Of a DNA stretch of 64,000 nt, positions 17,736 to 26,824 are shown piece after piece. Numbering within the stretch: the stretch's first letter is position 1; each line of letters opens with the position of its first letter. Below the pieces are notes generated by a model, which was given only the letters and a program-made list of their open reading frames with translations, did no database searches and was not told the origin of the DNA. This stretch comes from Gemmatimonas sp. (GTDB lineage: Bacteria; Gemmatimonadota; Gemmatimonadetes; Gemmatimonadales; Gemmatimonadaceae): assembly GCA_965279375.1 (NCBI GenBank), contig OZ257156.1, positions 2,112,001 through 2,176,000 on the forward strand. Reading direction: 5' to 3'. The position numbers and the translations under genes are program-made.

Positions 17736-20495
17736 TTACTTGTTCGCATCGAGCAGCGCCTTGCGTGCCAGCCAGCTCTGCCCGTCGGTGATCCACTTGG
17801 CCGGTGCTTCGCCCTTGAGGTAGTAGGCGAACCACTGGAGAATGCGCCGCTCGTAGTCGATGGCGTTTTCGCGCTTGCCGAGTCCGTGCCCTTCGCCGGG
17901 ATAGAGCAGCATCACCGCGTCCTTGCCGGCGCGACGCGCGTAGTTGTAGAACTCTACGCCCTGTCGCATGTCGACGGTGGGATCCTCGCCTCCGATTTCG
18001 ATGAGTACGCTCTTGGCCGGCATCACATGCACGCGATTGATCGGTGAGTTGCGGTTCATCGCCTGCACGTCTTCCCACGGCGCCACCTGCATGCGGAACT
18101 GTCCTGTCTCCCAGTGATCGAACTCGGGGACGGACGACCAGTGCATCTGCCCAGCGAAGCTCCACATGTCGCTGATACCCGCGCCCGCCACCGCCGTCTT
18201 GAACAGCGAGCTGTGCGTTGCGAGATAGTACGCCTCGTAGCCACCCTGTGAGTGCCCCGCGTGCCCCACGTTCGCGGCATCCACGAGCCCACGCGCGATC
18301 ACGTTGCGCACGGCCGGCTCCACCGACTGCAGCACTGCGAGACCCGGCTCACGCGGACGAAACACGATGTCCGGCATCAGCACGAAGTAACCATTCTGCG
18401 TGAACACGTTGGCGTTGTAGTAGTCGTTCTCGCGCGGCACGATGTAGCGGTGATAGCCCTGCGAGAGCAGCTCGTACGTGTACACGATCATCGGGTACTT
18501 CTTCTTCGGATCGTAGTTGGCCGGATAGTACAAGATGGCCTGCAGCGGCACGCCGATCGTGCTGCTGTAGTTCATTAACTCGGCTTTACCCCACGCGTAG
18601 TTCTTCTGGAACGGATTCGTTTCCGTCAGGCGCGTGGGGTTGGCCAAGTCCGCCGATGCGGCAAACACATTCGGTGATTCGTCGAAGCGCTGCCGCACGT
18701 AGGCGTAGCGATCGGTGCTGTCGGCCTTGCTCAACGACCCAATCGATGCATCGGCGAGAACCAACCGTTGCACCGTGCCTGCGGGCATCAGACGAGCATA
18801 GCCGCTCCGCTTGTCGCGCTTGCCGTACATCGAGAGGTACATCGGCGCGCCGAGGTCAACGGCACGCTCGACGGGCGTCGCGCCAAACCCCGCGAACGAC
18901 ACCACACGGTACTCGAGACCGTCGCGGGCACCGTCAGTCAGTCGTGTGCCGCCCGAGCCGTCCATGGTCAGTGCCCACACATCGTACGCGCTGTACACCA
19001 GCAACTTCGTGCCGTCTTTGGTCCACAACGGATTGCCGATGGAAGGCGACACGTCGCTCGGGTGATCGTCTTCGCGGTCCACGAAGTCCGCGCCACGCGC
19101 ACGCAGCGCAGCGGTGAGATTCGTGCGCTTGCCGGTCGCGACCTCCACCGCCCAATAGTCGCGTCCATCGAACCAAGGGATACGCGCGCCCGTCGGATCG
19201 GGTGAAAAGAATGAGCGCACCTTGGTCAGCAATTTCGTGCGCGCGCCGGTGTTCACGTTGATCGTCCAGATGTCCTGATCGCGACGACCGAACTTCTGAC
19301 CAAACGCGTACGGCTTCTTGTCCGTCTCCATCGCGAACGCATCGCCCTCGAGCACGCTCGCGGTCTCCGCGGCATCGCTGCCCAGTGGCACCACGCGACT
19401 GTCGTCCAGACGCCACGCCGTCAGCATGCTGGCGCGCAGGTCGCGCTGCTCACCGCTCCGCTGCTCCGGAATGACGTGCACGTCGTTCGTGTGCCAGATC
19501 TCCACGTCGGAGATCTTCTCGTCGCTCTTCTTGGGCGCGTCGGCCGCCGCGTCGCGAGGACGCACCCCCACGTAGAGCAACTTCCCGTCCTTGGACCACG
19601 ACGGCTTGCGCGACTCGGCGACGCGCATCTTCGCGGGAAATCCGGGAGACGTCGCAGGGTCGAGCACACGCATCGGTGCAGCGTTAGCGCCAATCGACGA
19701 CCATTGGAGCAGCACGTGCGACGTGTCGGTGAACGCCTTGTCCACGGTGCTGCGCAGCACCACCAGCTCATCCGACTTGGGGCGCCACGAGAGCGCGCGG
19801 TACATGTTCGCGCTGTTGTCGAGCAAGCGCACAGCACCGCTCAGTCCATCGAACACCTCCACACCGTTGCCAGTCGCGCCGTCGGTTGCGATGGCGAGCG
19901 CAAGCCACGGTTTGCGATCGTTCCAGAGCTGCTCGGACACATTGCTGAACACGAGTCGTGCGCCGCTCGTCAGGTCCAGCACCAGCACTTCGCTGCTGCG
20001 CTTGCCCTCGGCCGGATACTTGGTCACCGACACAAAGCCGCCCGCAGGACTGAAGCTGAAGGCGTTCGCGTCGGCGATGTTGATGGTCGTGCCAGAGGTC
20101 AGATCGCGCAGCGTGAAGGACGTTCGCACCGGCTTGCGATCCTTGAGCAGCTTGTCGCGCTCCTTGGGCGGCACACCAACCAGCGCGGCCATCCAGCGTG
20201 AGTCAGGAGAGAAGGCGGCAGCCGTGCCATAGGGGATCACGATCGTCGTGTCGCGCGCACCACCGCGCACACGCAGCTCGTTCTCCTCGTTGCCGCGCGC
20301 GATGCCGTACGAAAGCCACGCGCCGTTGGGTGACAGTCGCGACGCGCCGAGCGACTCGAACTGGCCAAGGTCCTTGGCCGTCACGAGGGGCTTGGCTTGC
20401 GCGCCGAGCTGGGCGACGGGCGGGCTGCCGGCGGTCGCGAAGGCGAAAGCCCCGGCCGTGAATGCAACGCGAAGTCGAACGAAGCGACGGAGCAT
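17736..20495 (-). CDS. Secreted S9 family (prolyl oligopeptidase-like) peptidase
   Basis: Signal peptide, propeller region, triad motifs GHSQGG, GEDPTV, GEGHG. Confidence 0.9.
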   Translation of the reverse strand: MLRRFVRLRVAFTAGAFAFATAGSPPVAQLGAQAKPLVTAKDLGQFESLGASRLSPNGAWLSYGIARGNEENELRVRGGARDTTIVIPYGTAAAFSPDSRWMAALVGVPPKERDKLLKDRKPVRTSFTLRDLTSGTTINIADANAFSFSPAGGFVSVTKYPAEGKRSSEVLVLDLTSGARLVFSNVSEQLWNDRKPWLALAIATDGATGNGVEVFDGLSGAVRLLDNSANMYRALSWRPKSDELVVLRSTVDKAFTDTSHVLLQWSSIGANAAPMRVLDPATSPGFPAKMRVAESRKPSWSKDGKLLYVGVRPRDAAADAPKKSDEKISDVEIWHTNDVHVIPEQRSGEQRDLRASMLTAWRLDDSRVVPLGSDAAETASVLEGDAFAMETDKKPYAFGQKFGRRDQDIWTINVNTGARTKLLTKVRSFFSPDPTGARIPWFDGRDYWAVEVATGKRTNLTAALRARGADFVDREDDHPSDVSPSIGNPLWTKDGTKLLVYSAYDVWALTMDGSGGTRLTDGARDGLEYRVVSFAGFGATPVERAVDLGAPMYLSMYGKRDKRSGYARLMPAGTVQRLVLADASIGSLSKADSTDRYAYVRQRFDESPNVFAASADLANPTRLTETNPFQKNYAWGKAELMNYSSTIGVPLQAILYYPANYDPKKKYPMIVYTYELLSQGYHRYIVPRENDYYNANVFTQNGYFVLMPDIVFRPREPGLAVLQSVEPAVRNVIARGLVDAANVGHAGHSQGGYEAYYLATHSSLFKTAVAGAGISDMWSFAGQMHWSSVPEFDHWETGQFRMQVAPWEDVQAMNRNSPINRVHVMPAKSVLIEIGGEDPTVDMRQGVEFYNYARRAGKDAVMLLYPGEGHGLGKRENAIDYERRILQWFAYYLKGEAPAKWITDGQSWLARKALLDANK

Positions 20496-20675
20496 GAGTG
20501 GATCGGATGCAGGTCAGATGCGAGTCGGAGGCCGTGGAGAACCGCGGAAGAAGATAGACTCGCCGCGTCCGGCCGGTGAGAGTGCCGCTGGCGGCAGTCC
20601 GTGGCGCGGCGCATTCTCTACCGCGCTTGGTCACTGCGTCCAGCCAATCGGCCGACCCCTTCTGCTCCAACCGTC

Positions 20676-22049
20676 ATGACTCGATCGCTCCGACTGCTCG
20701 TCACACTCGCACTTGTCACGATTGGCGCCACCATCGTCGCGCAGCGCACGGCCGCGGCCCGGCAGCCGCAGGCGGCGGGCAAACTGGCGCTCGTTGGAGG
20801 CACGCTGATCGACGGTAACGGGGCGCCGCCCATCACCAACAGCGTGGTGCTGGTCGACAACGGCAAGATCACGGCGGTCGGTCGCGTTGGTTCGCTGACC
20901 GTGCCGGATGGCTACACGGTCATCAACACCAATGGCATGACGGTGCTGCCGGGGCTCTTCGAGATGCACGCGCATCTCATGCTGGTGGGGCACGGCAACT
21001 ATGCACACTGGGACAGCGTCTATCCGGCGCGTCTGCAGAAGGACGTGATACCAGTCGCCGCACGGCAGTCGCTGCTGCACGGCGTGACCAGCCTGCGTGA
21101 TCTTGGTGGTCCACTCGCACCGATCATGGACGTCAAGCGCAAGATCGATCGGGGTGAGCTGACAGGCGCGACGATCTACACGTCGGGACCGTTCCTGCAG
21201 CACGCCCCATATCCCGGCACGGAGGCGTTTCGCTGGGGGATCAACGGCGTGGCCGACGCGCGCGCCAAGGTCAACACACTCGCCGATGCCGGCGTGAGCG
21301 TCATCAAGTTGATCGACCAGGACGAAATGACGATGGACGAGGTGCGCGCAGTGGTAGACGAAGCGCACAAGCGGAAACTGCCCGTCGTCGCGCACGCGCA
21401 TCGCCCGGAAGAGATCCGTCGTGGACTCGCTGCGGGTGTCGACGACTTCGAGCACACCGGCCTGGCGACGGCACCGGAGTATCCTGCCGACATCATCGAG
21501 GCGCTCCGCGCGCGCACGGCACAAGGCAATCGTCCGCCGCTCTACTGGACGCCCACGATCGACGTGCTCACCAACTACGGGACGCGTCGCGACCATCCGG
21601 AATACATCGACGACCCGGAATGGTACGAGGGGCTCGCCGCCGACATTGCGGCCGACGTCAAACAGTCGATCGTGCGCCTCGACACCCTAACCTACTACCG
21701 CTTCGTCGCCAATCGCCGCGCCACGTTGCCCACCAAGTTCCGCCAGCTCCGCGAAAGCGGCGTCCGCCTGCTCATCGGAACCGACGCCGGCGTGCCGGCC
21801 AACTTCCACGGCTATGCCACGCCTGAGGAGATGATCACCTGGGTGAACACCTACGGCATGGACCCCATGGAGACGATTCGCTCGGCGACCTATTGGCCCG
21901 CCTACTCGCTCAGTGTGCTCGACAAGGTCGGCACCGTAGACGCGGGAAAAGCCGCCGACATCATCGCGGTGCGCGGTGATCCGCTCAGCGACATCACGGT
22001 GCTGCGTCGGGTGGAGCTGGTGATCAAGGCAGGGAAGCGCGTGAAGTAG
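20676..22049 (+). CDS. Secreted metal-dependent amidohydrolase
   Basis: Signal peptide; PGLFEMHAH, IKL, HAH, FEH, GTDAG, GKAADII. Confidence 0.88.
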   Translation: MTRSLRLLVTLALVTIGATIVAQRTAAARQPQAAGKLALVGGTLIDGNGAPPITNSVVLVDNGKITAVGRVGSLTVPDGYTVINTNGMTVLPGLFEMHAHLMLVGHGNYAHWDSVYPARLQKDVIPVAARQSLLHGVTSLRDLGGPLAPIMDVKRKIDRGELTGATIYTSGPFLQHAPYPGTEAFRWGINGVADARAKVNTLADAGVSVIKLIDQDEMTMDEVRAVVDEAHKRKLPVVAHAHRPEEIRRGLAAGVDDFEHTGLATAPEYPADIIEALRARTAQGNRPPLYWTPTIDVLTNYGTRRDHPEYIDDPEWYEGLAADIAADVKQSIVRLDTLTYYRFVANRRATLPTKFRQLRESGVRLLIGTDAGVPANFHGYATPEEMITWVNTYGMDPMETIRSATYWPAYSLSVLDKVGTVDAGKAADIIAVRGDPLSDITVLRRVELVIKAGKRVK

Positions 22050-22062
22050 AACGTGTCACGCG

Positions 22063-23583
22063 CTAGGCGGCGGGGAGAAACACCTCGAACGACGTGCCGC
22101 TGTCCGGTGTGGACTGCAGCCGCACGTCACCCGCTGCCTGCCGCGCGATGCCATGCACCGTGGCCAAGCCGAGTCCCGTGCCGCGCCCAGATGGCTTGGT
22201 GGTGAAGAACGGCTCGAAGATGCGCTCGCGAATGTCGTCCGGGATGCCGGTGCCCGTGTCCTGCACGAGCAGGCGCACATACTCACCCGGCTTGAGGTTG
22301 GTCGCGGGTGAAGTGCCCAAAGTGATCGAGACCAGATCGAGTGACAGCGCGATGCGACCACCCGCCTGCACCGCATCGCGCGCGTTGGCCACGAGGTTGA
22401 TCACGATCTGTTCAAACTGCGCCGGGTCCATGCACAGTGACGCGCTGCCGCTGCTGCCGCTGACGGTGAGTTCGATCGCAGGGCCCGCCATCACGCGCAG
22501 CATCGCGGCAAGCGCGCGCAAGCGCTCCGATGGATCGAAATGCACCGCCTGTGTCGGCCGGGCGCGCGCGAAGGTGAGCAGTTGCGAGACCAACGAACGG
22601 CCGTGCGACATCGCGCTGTCCACTTCCTCCGTGAGCTGCGGATCGTCTTTGCGAGATGCCGAACTGCGCAGCCCATCCCACGACAAGCTGAGCACCTGAA
22701 GCACGTTGTTCATGTCGTGCGCGACGCCCGCGGCCATGCGCCCCAGGCTTTCCATGCGTTCTGCGACCAGCACCCGCTCGCGCGCTCGGGTCAGCTCCAG
22801 CGACTGCGCGTTCACCAGCGCCAATTCCTCTGCCGTGGACGCCAGCAGTGTACAGACGCCGGTCGCGAGAATGGCGAGCACGTCGATCGTGACGAAGAGC
22901 AGCACGGCAGCGAAGGGTAAGTCGGGCATGCCGACTCGTAGTCCGAGCACAACCGCCAGCGCCTGTCGTAACGCAAGCGCCGCAAAGCCGATGGTCAGCA
23001 GATGGAGCGCGGCCGGGTGACGCGGGCTGGCGCGCCACGCTCGCCACGCCAACACGGCGGGCACCGCAAGCACAAGCAGCTGCAGCGCGCGACTTATCGT
23101 AACCGGGATGACGCGCGTGTCGGGAAAGAGCGCGGCGGAGCCGAATACTCCCACGGCGTGAACGAGTAGCGCGCCGAATGCCCAGCGTAGCGCGGCCGCT
23201 GCGGCAGGCTGCTCGGGCCGTTCGGGGTCGGCCAACGCGGCAAAGGCGTTGCGCGCATACGGGATGGCCGCCGCGAGCAGCGCGACCAGGCACGTCGTGA
23301 ACGCGCGACTGAGTTCGCGGTTGTTCCAGACCGCGCCGCTCCACGACGAAAAGATGTTGAGCACGGCCGACAGCGCGAACAAGCGCCAGAAGATCGCCAT
23401 CGCTCGCATGGCAGCGCGCCCGAAATGCCGCGACACGCCTTCCTGCGCCGCTGCAAAGCCGAGGACAACGGCGCATTGCAACAGCGTGGAGCCGAGGTTG
23501 ATTCGATCGAACGAGCGCAGTGCATCGAAACCGCTCACCAACAGCAGTTGTGTCGCAATTGCCAAACCGCGATCCTCGCGCAA
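22063..23583 (-). CDS. Multi-TM sensor histidine kinase (start codon uncertain)
   Basis: Several TM helices; ESLGRMAAGVAHDMNN, NLVANARDA, DTGTG, FEPFFTTK, GTGLGL. Confidence 0.85.
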   Translation of the reverse strand: MREDRGLAIATQLLLVSGFDALRSFDRINLGSTLLQCAVVLGFAAAQEGVSRHFGRAAMRAMAIFWRLFALSAVLNIFSSWSGAVWNNRELSRAFTTCLVALLAAAIPYARNAFAALADPERPEQPAAAAALRWAFGALLVHAVGVFGSAALFPDTRVIPVTISRALQLLVLAVPAVLAWRAWRASPRHPAALHLLTIGFAALALRQALAVVLGLRVGMPDLPFAAVLLFVTIDVLAILATGVCTLLASTAEELALVNAQSLELTRARERVLVAERMESLGRMAAGVAHDMNNVLQVLSLSWDGLRSSASRKDDPQLTEEVDSAMSHGRSLVSQLLTFARARPTQAVHFDPSERLRALAAMLRVMAGPAIELTVSGSSGSASLCMDPAQFEQIVINLVANARDAVQAGGRIALSLDLVSITLGTSPATNLKPGEYVRLLVQDTGTGIPDDIRERIFEPFFTTKPSGRGTGLGLATVHGIARQAAGDVRLQSTPDSGTSFEVFLPAA

Positions 23584-23692
23584 GTCATTCTGCAGCCGTC
23601 TCGCGCCAAGGCATCATCGACCTTCGCAGCGATTGGGAAAGCAGTCCCCTAGAAGTGGTGCAATGCTTCGCGTCACCACAAGGGGCTGCGCG

Positions 23693-25555
23693 CTACTCCG
23701 GGGCGGAATTTCCCTGCGGATTCTTCGCCGTGCTGTCGTCCGGGGCCGCTCCCCCCTGCGCAATGCGATACGCCGCTGTGTGTGCTGCCAGCAGCGCGCG
23801 GAACTCAGCAGAGGTACGCATCGTGCCCGCCTCAGTGCCGTCGCTGATCGGGAAAATCAACGTGAAGACCGCACCACCTCCCGGCGCATCGTCGATCGAT
23901 ACCGAGCCGCCGTGCAATTGCACGAGGTCTCGCACCACCGCGAGACCAATGCCGCTGCCGCCGGTACGTCCTTTCGTCCCCCCGAGACGGACAAAGGGTT
24001 TCCACACCGATCGACGCTCCGCGGCCGGGATGCCCGGCCCCTGATCGGCCACCCGCAGGCACGCTGAGGCTCCCGTCTTCTCGAGTTCGATGTGGATCGT
24101 CTGTCCGCGCGGTCCGTACTTGATGGCATTGTCGAGCAGGTTGACGACCACTTGTCGCACGGCCCGAGGGTCGATCATCGCGAAAATGCGCGACGGTGCA
24201 TCGGCGACGATGCGCATGCTGTATTGCTCGGCGATCGGGACGTATCCCTCCACCACTTCCTCGACCAGCTCGCCCAGATCGGTGCGCTCCTTCTCGAGAC
24301 GAGCGCGATCCGCATCCAGATGCGAGAAAAGCAGGATGTTCTCCACGAGATCGCCAAGCCGGCGAGTCTCGCGACCGATAATGCCGAGCCAATGGACGCG
24401 CTCCTCGTCGTCGCGCTCGCGGCGGAGCTGCAGCGTCTCGGTGAACATGCGGATTTGCGCCAAAGGTGTGCGCAATTCGTGCGAAACGCTCGCCACGAAA
24501 TCCCGACGTGCCTTAAAGAGCGACAGCTCGCGCCAGAGATTCACGGCCGCGGCGAGCGCAAGCAGAATGGACAGCACCGAAAGCCAGAGATTGAGCGGGA
24601 CGTCCAGGCGTCGCTCGGCGCCCTTCTCGTTGCCCGTGAACGGCAGTGAGACCACAGTGCCGCTCTCGCCCACGTGCTGCTGCATCTGCGCCACCAACGC
24701 GGGAGACAGGCTCGCCACGACGCGAAACTCCCCAGCGCCGCGCGAGATGAACTCGCCTTCCGCACTGCCGGGCTGCGCGGGTTGTGACTCGTACAGCGTC
24801 TTCCCTCGAGTATCGAACAGTCGGATGGCGATGAGCGAGTCGGTGCGCATGGAATCGACGCCGCTCTTGCGCTTGGTGTCCATCCATGCGGCGGGCAGCA
24901 GCGGAAGGTCGCGCAGAACGGTGCGGCCCACCTCGCGCCAACCGAGTCGTCGCGAGTACGTGAAGCCATAGAGCGCCACCTCGCGTCCCTCGAGATCGCG
25001 CAATGGCGCGAATGCAACGGACACGGGCTCGGCGCGGTCCACGAGCGCCCATGGGAGCACGTCACGTCCGCCGCCCGGCGGCATTGGACGTTCGCGCATC
25101 GCGTGCAGAATGCTGTCCTGCATCCCGCGGTCGTTGGCCGCGTCCAGCCCGGCGTATGTCTGCGTCGCGAGGTTGACGACGAAGAAGCCAAGGTTGGGAT
25201 CGTCGGGCGCGATGCCCAGACGCGTGATTTCCCGACGGGCCTGCCGGGCGACGTCGGTGAGCGAAGGCATCGCCGTGCCCGGCGTCCAGCGCGTGCCGAT
25301 GACCGACGCGAGCACTTGCAGACGAATGTTCTCGAAGGCGTAGTACGCGCGATCGCCGAACAGTCTCGCGCCAAGTGCGGCGAACTGACGAATCGCCAGA
25401 TCGCTCGCCCGGCGTCGCTCTTCGTAGCTGCGGCGCAGCTGCAGCGCGCTCGTGACCGAGAGCGCAGTCATCATCACCAGCACGATGGAAAAGAGAACCG
25501 CGCTGGGGCTCGCCGAACGCCACGTGGACGTCAGCGCGCGAAACACGCGAGACAC
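23693..25555 (-). CDS. Membrane sensor histidine kinase (HisKA, PhoR-like)
   Basis: Two TM helices around a periplasmic domain; SVSHELRTPL, NLLDNAIKY, DQGPGI, GSGIGL. Confidence 0.9.
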   Translation of the reverse strand: MSRVFRALTSTWRSASPSAVLFSIVLVMMTALSVTSALQLRRSYEERRRASDLAIRQFAALGARLFGDRAYYAFENIRLQVLASVIGTRWTPGTAMPSLTDVARQARREITRLGIAPDDPNLGFFVVNLATQTYAGLDAANDRGMQDSILHAMRERPMPPGGGRDVLPWALVDRAEPVSVAFAPLRDLEGREVALYGFTYSRRLGWREVGRTVLRDLPLLPAAWMDTKRKSGVDSMRTDSLIAIRLFDTRGKTLYESQPAQPGSAEGEFISRGAGEFRVVASLSPALVAQMQQHVGESGTVVSLPFTGNEKGAERRLDVPLNLWLSVLSILLALAAAVNLWRELSLFKARRDFVASVSHELRTPLAQIRMFTETLQLRRERDDEERVHWLGIIGRETRRLGDLVENILLFSHLDADRARLEKERTDLGELVEEVVEGYVPIAEQYSMRIVADAPSRIFAMIDPRAVRQVVVNLLDNAIKYGPRGQTIHIELEKTGASACLRVADQGPGIPAAERRSVWKPFVRLGGTKGRTGGSGIGLAVVRDLVQLHGGSVSIDDAPGGGAVFTLIFPISDGTEAGTMRTSAEFRALLAAHTAAYRIAQGGAAPDDSTAKNPQGNSAPE

Positions 25556-25558
25556 CCG

Positions 25559-26164
25559 CTAGACCTGTCCGCGCAAGATCGCGCCGACCCGAGAGCGCGT
25601 GGATGCACCCATCTTGAGAAGGACCTGTTCCGTGTGATTGCGTGCCGTGAACACGCTGACGCCCAGCTTCTCCGCGATCTCCGCATTCGAGAGCCCGAGT
25701 GCGAGCAGTCGGGCCACTTCGATCTGCCGCTCGGTGAGGCTATAGCGTGCGGTGAGTTCGTCGTCGCGTAGCGAGCCGTTCGTGTTGGCACTCAGGTCGA
25801 GCGACGCGCGGCGCAAGTGTGCGCCGATGCGTGCCATCAGTTCCACGACGCCGAACGGTTTGGTGACGTAGTCGTCGGCACCCAGCCGGAAGCCTCTCAC
25901 CTTGTCCGACTCCATTCCACGGGCACTGAGGATGAGCACGGGCGCCTGACAGCCGCGCTGACGGATCGACTCGAGCACGGTGTAGCCGTCGTTGTCCGGG
26001 AGGCCCAGGTCCAGCACGATCAGGTCCGGCGCTTCACGCAACGCGGCCTCGATTGCGGCCTGCGCCGTCGCGGCGATCGAGGCGCGATGGCCCTCGTGCT
26101 CGAGATTGCGACGGAGCCCGTTGGCAAGGTCCTGATTGTCTTCGACGATGAGTATGCGCTTCAT
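25559..26164 (-). CDS. Response regulator: OmpR-like receiver + LuxR-type HTH
   Basis: LDLGLP, GADDYVTKPF receiver; LTERQIEVARLLALGLSNAEIAEKL HTH. Confidence 0.9.
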   Translation of the reverse strand: MKRILIVEDNQDLANGLRRNLEHEGHRASIAATAQAAIEAALREAPDLIVLDLGLPDNDGYTVLESIRQRGCQAPVLILSARGMESDKVRGFRLGADDYVTKPFGVVELMARIGAHLRRASLDLSANTNGSLRDDELTARYSLTERQIEVARLLALGLSNAEIAEKLGVSVFTARNHTEQVLLKMGASTRSRVGAILRGQV

Positions 26165-26179
26165 GAATCGGGTGAGGGA

Positions 26180-26824
26180 TCAGGCAGGAAGATGCAGGCC
26201 GCTCGCGCCCGGCGCGACTGGCTGCAGGGGATCCTTGCCGATCGGAATGCCATCGCCCAAAGGCCAGGTTCCTGGCAGCTCACCCAGTTCCTTCTTGATC
26301 GGCTCACAGAGCTTCGCGCCGCCGATCTTCGCCGACCCCTGCGCCGTGACCTTTCCCGGCTTGAACGCCATGATCTTGCCGCCGTCGATGATGAGCACTG
26401 CCTGCGCGAAGTTGAGCGTCACGTCGATCAGAATCTCGAGCGAGGGCGCGGGCAGGGGCGCCGGTGTCGCGCTGGTCCGAATTTCGACGTAGGGCCTGTA
26501 GGTCCACTTGATCGGATGCTCGTACAGCACGACCTCGTGCTTCTGTCCCGCGGGATACTTCGTCAGATCAGCGTACTTTCTCACCTCGGCGCGCTTGTTC
26601 CACGCACTGAGCGCGATCTCGCGGATGCTCGTTTTGAGCGCGGTCGCCACGCACTCCACCACGGACGCAATCACCGTTGGCGACGTCGGGCCAGCCAGCA
26701 CACCCAGGAGGAGCGTGACCTGTTGTGCAATTGCGTTGACGGCATCGTCATCGAGTCGATGCTCACCGGGCTTCTTGGCGCGGACGCCAAACATCCATGC
26801 CAGCGAGTGGTCATGATGCTCCAT
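26180..26824 (-). CDS. Hypothetical protein coupled to the PASTA protein gene
   Basis: TGATG overlap with the upstream gene; globular-looking sequence; no recognised motif. Confidence 0.7.
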   Translation of the reverse strand: MEHHDHSLAWMFGVRAKKPGEHRLDDDAVNAIAQQVTLLLGVLAGPTSPTVIASVVECVATALKTSIREIALSAWNKRAEVRKYADLTKYPAGQKHEVVLYEHPIKWTYRPYVEIRTSATPAPLPAPSLEILIDVTLNFAQAVLIIDGGKIMAFKPGKVTAQGSAKIGGAKLCEPIKKELGELPGTWPLGDGIPIGKDPLQPVAPGASGLHLPA

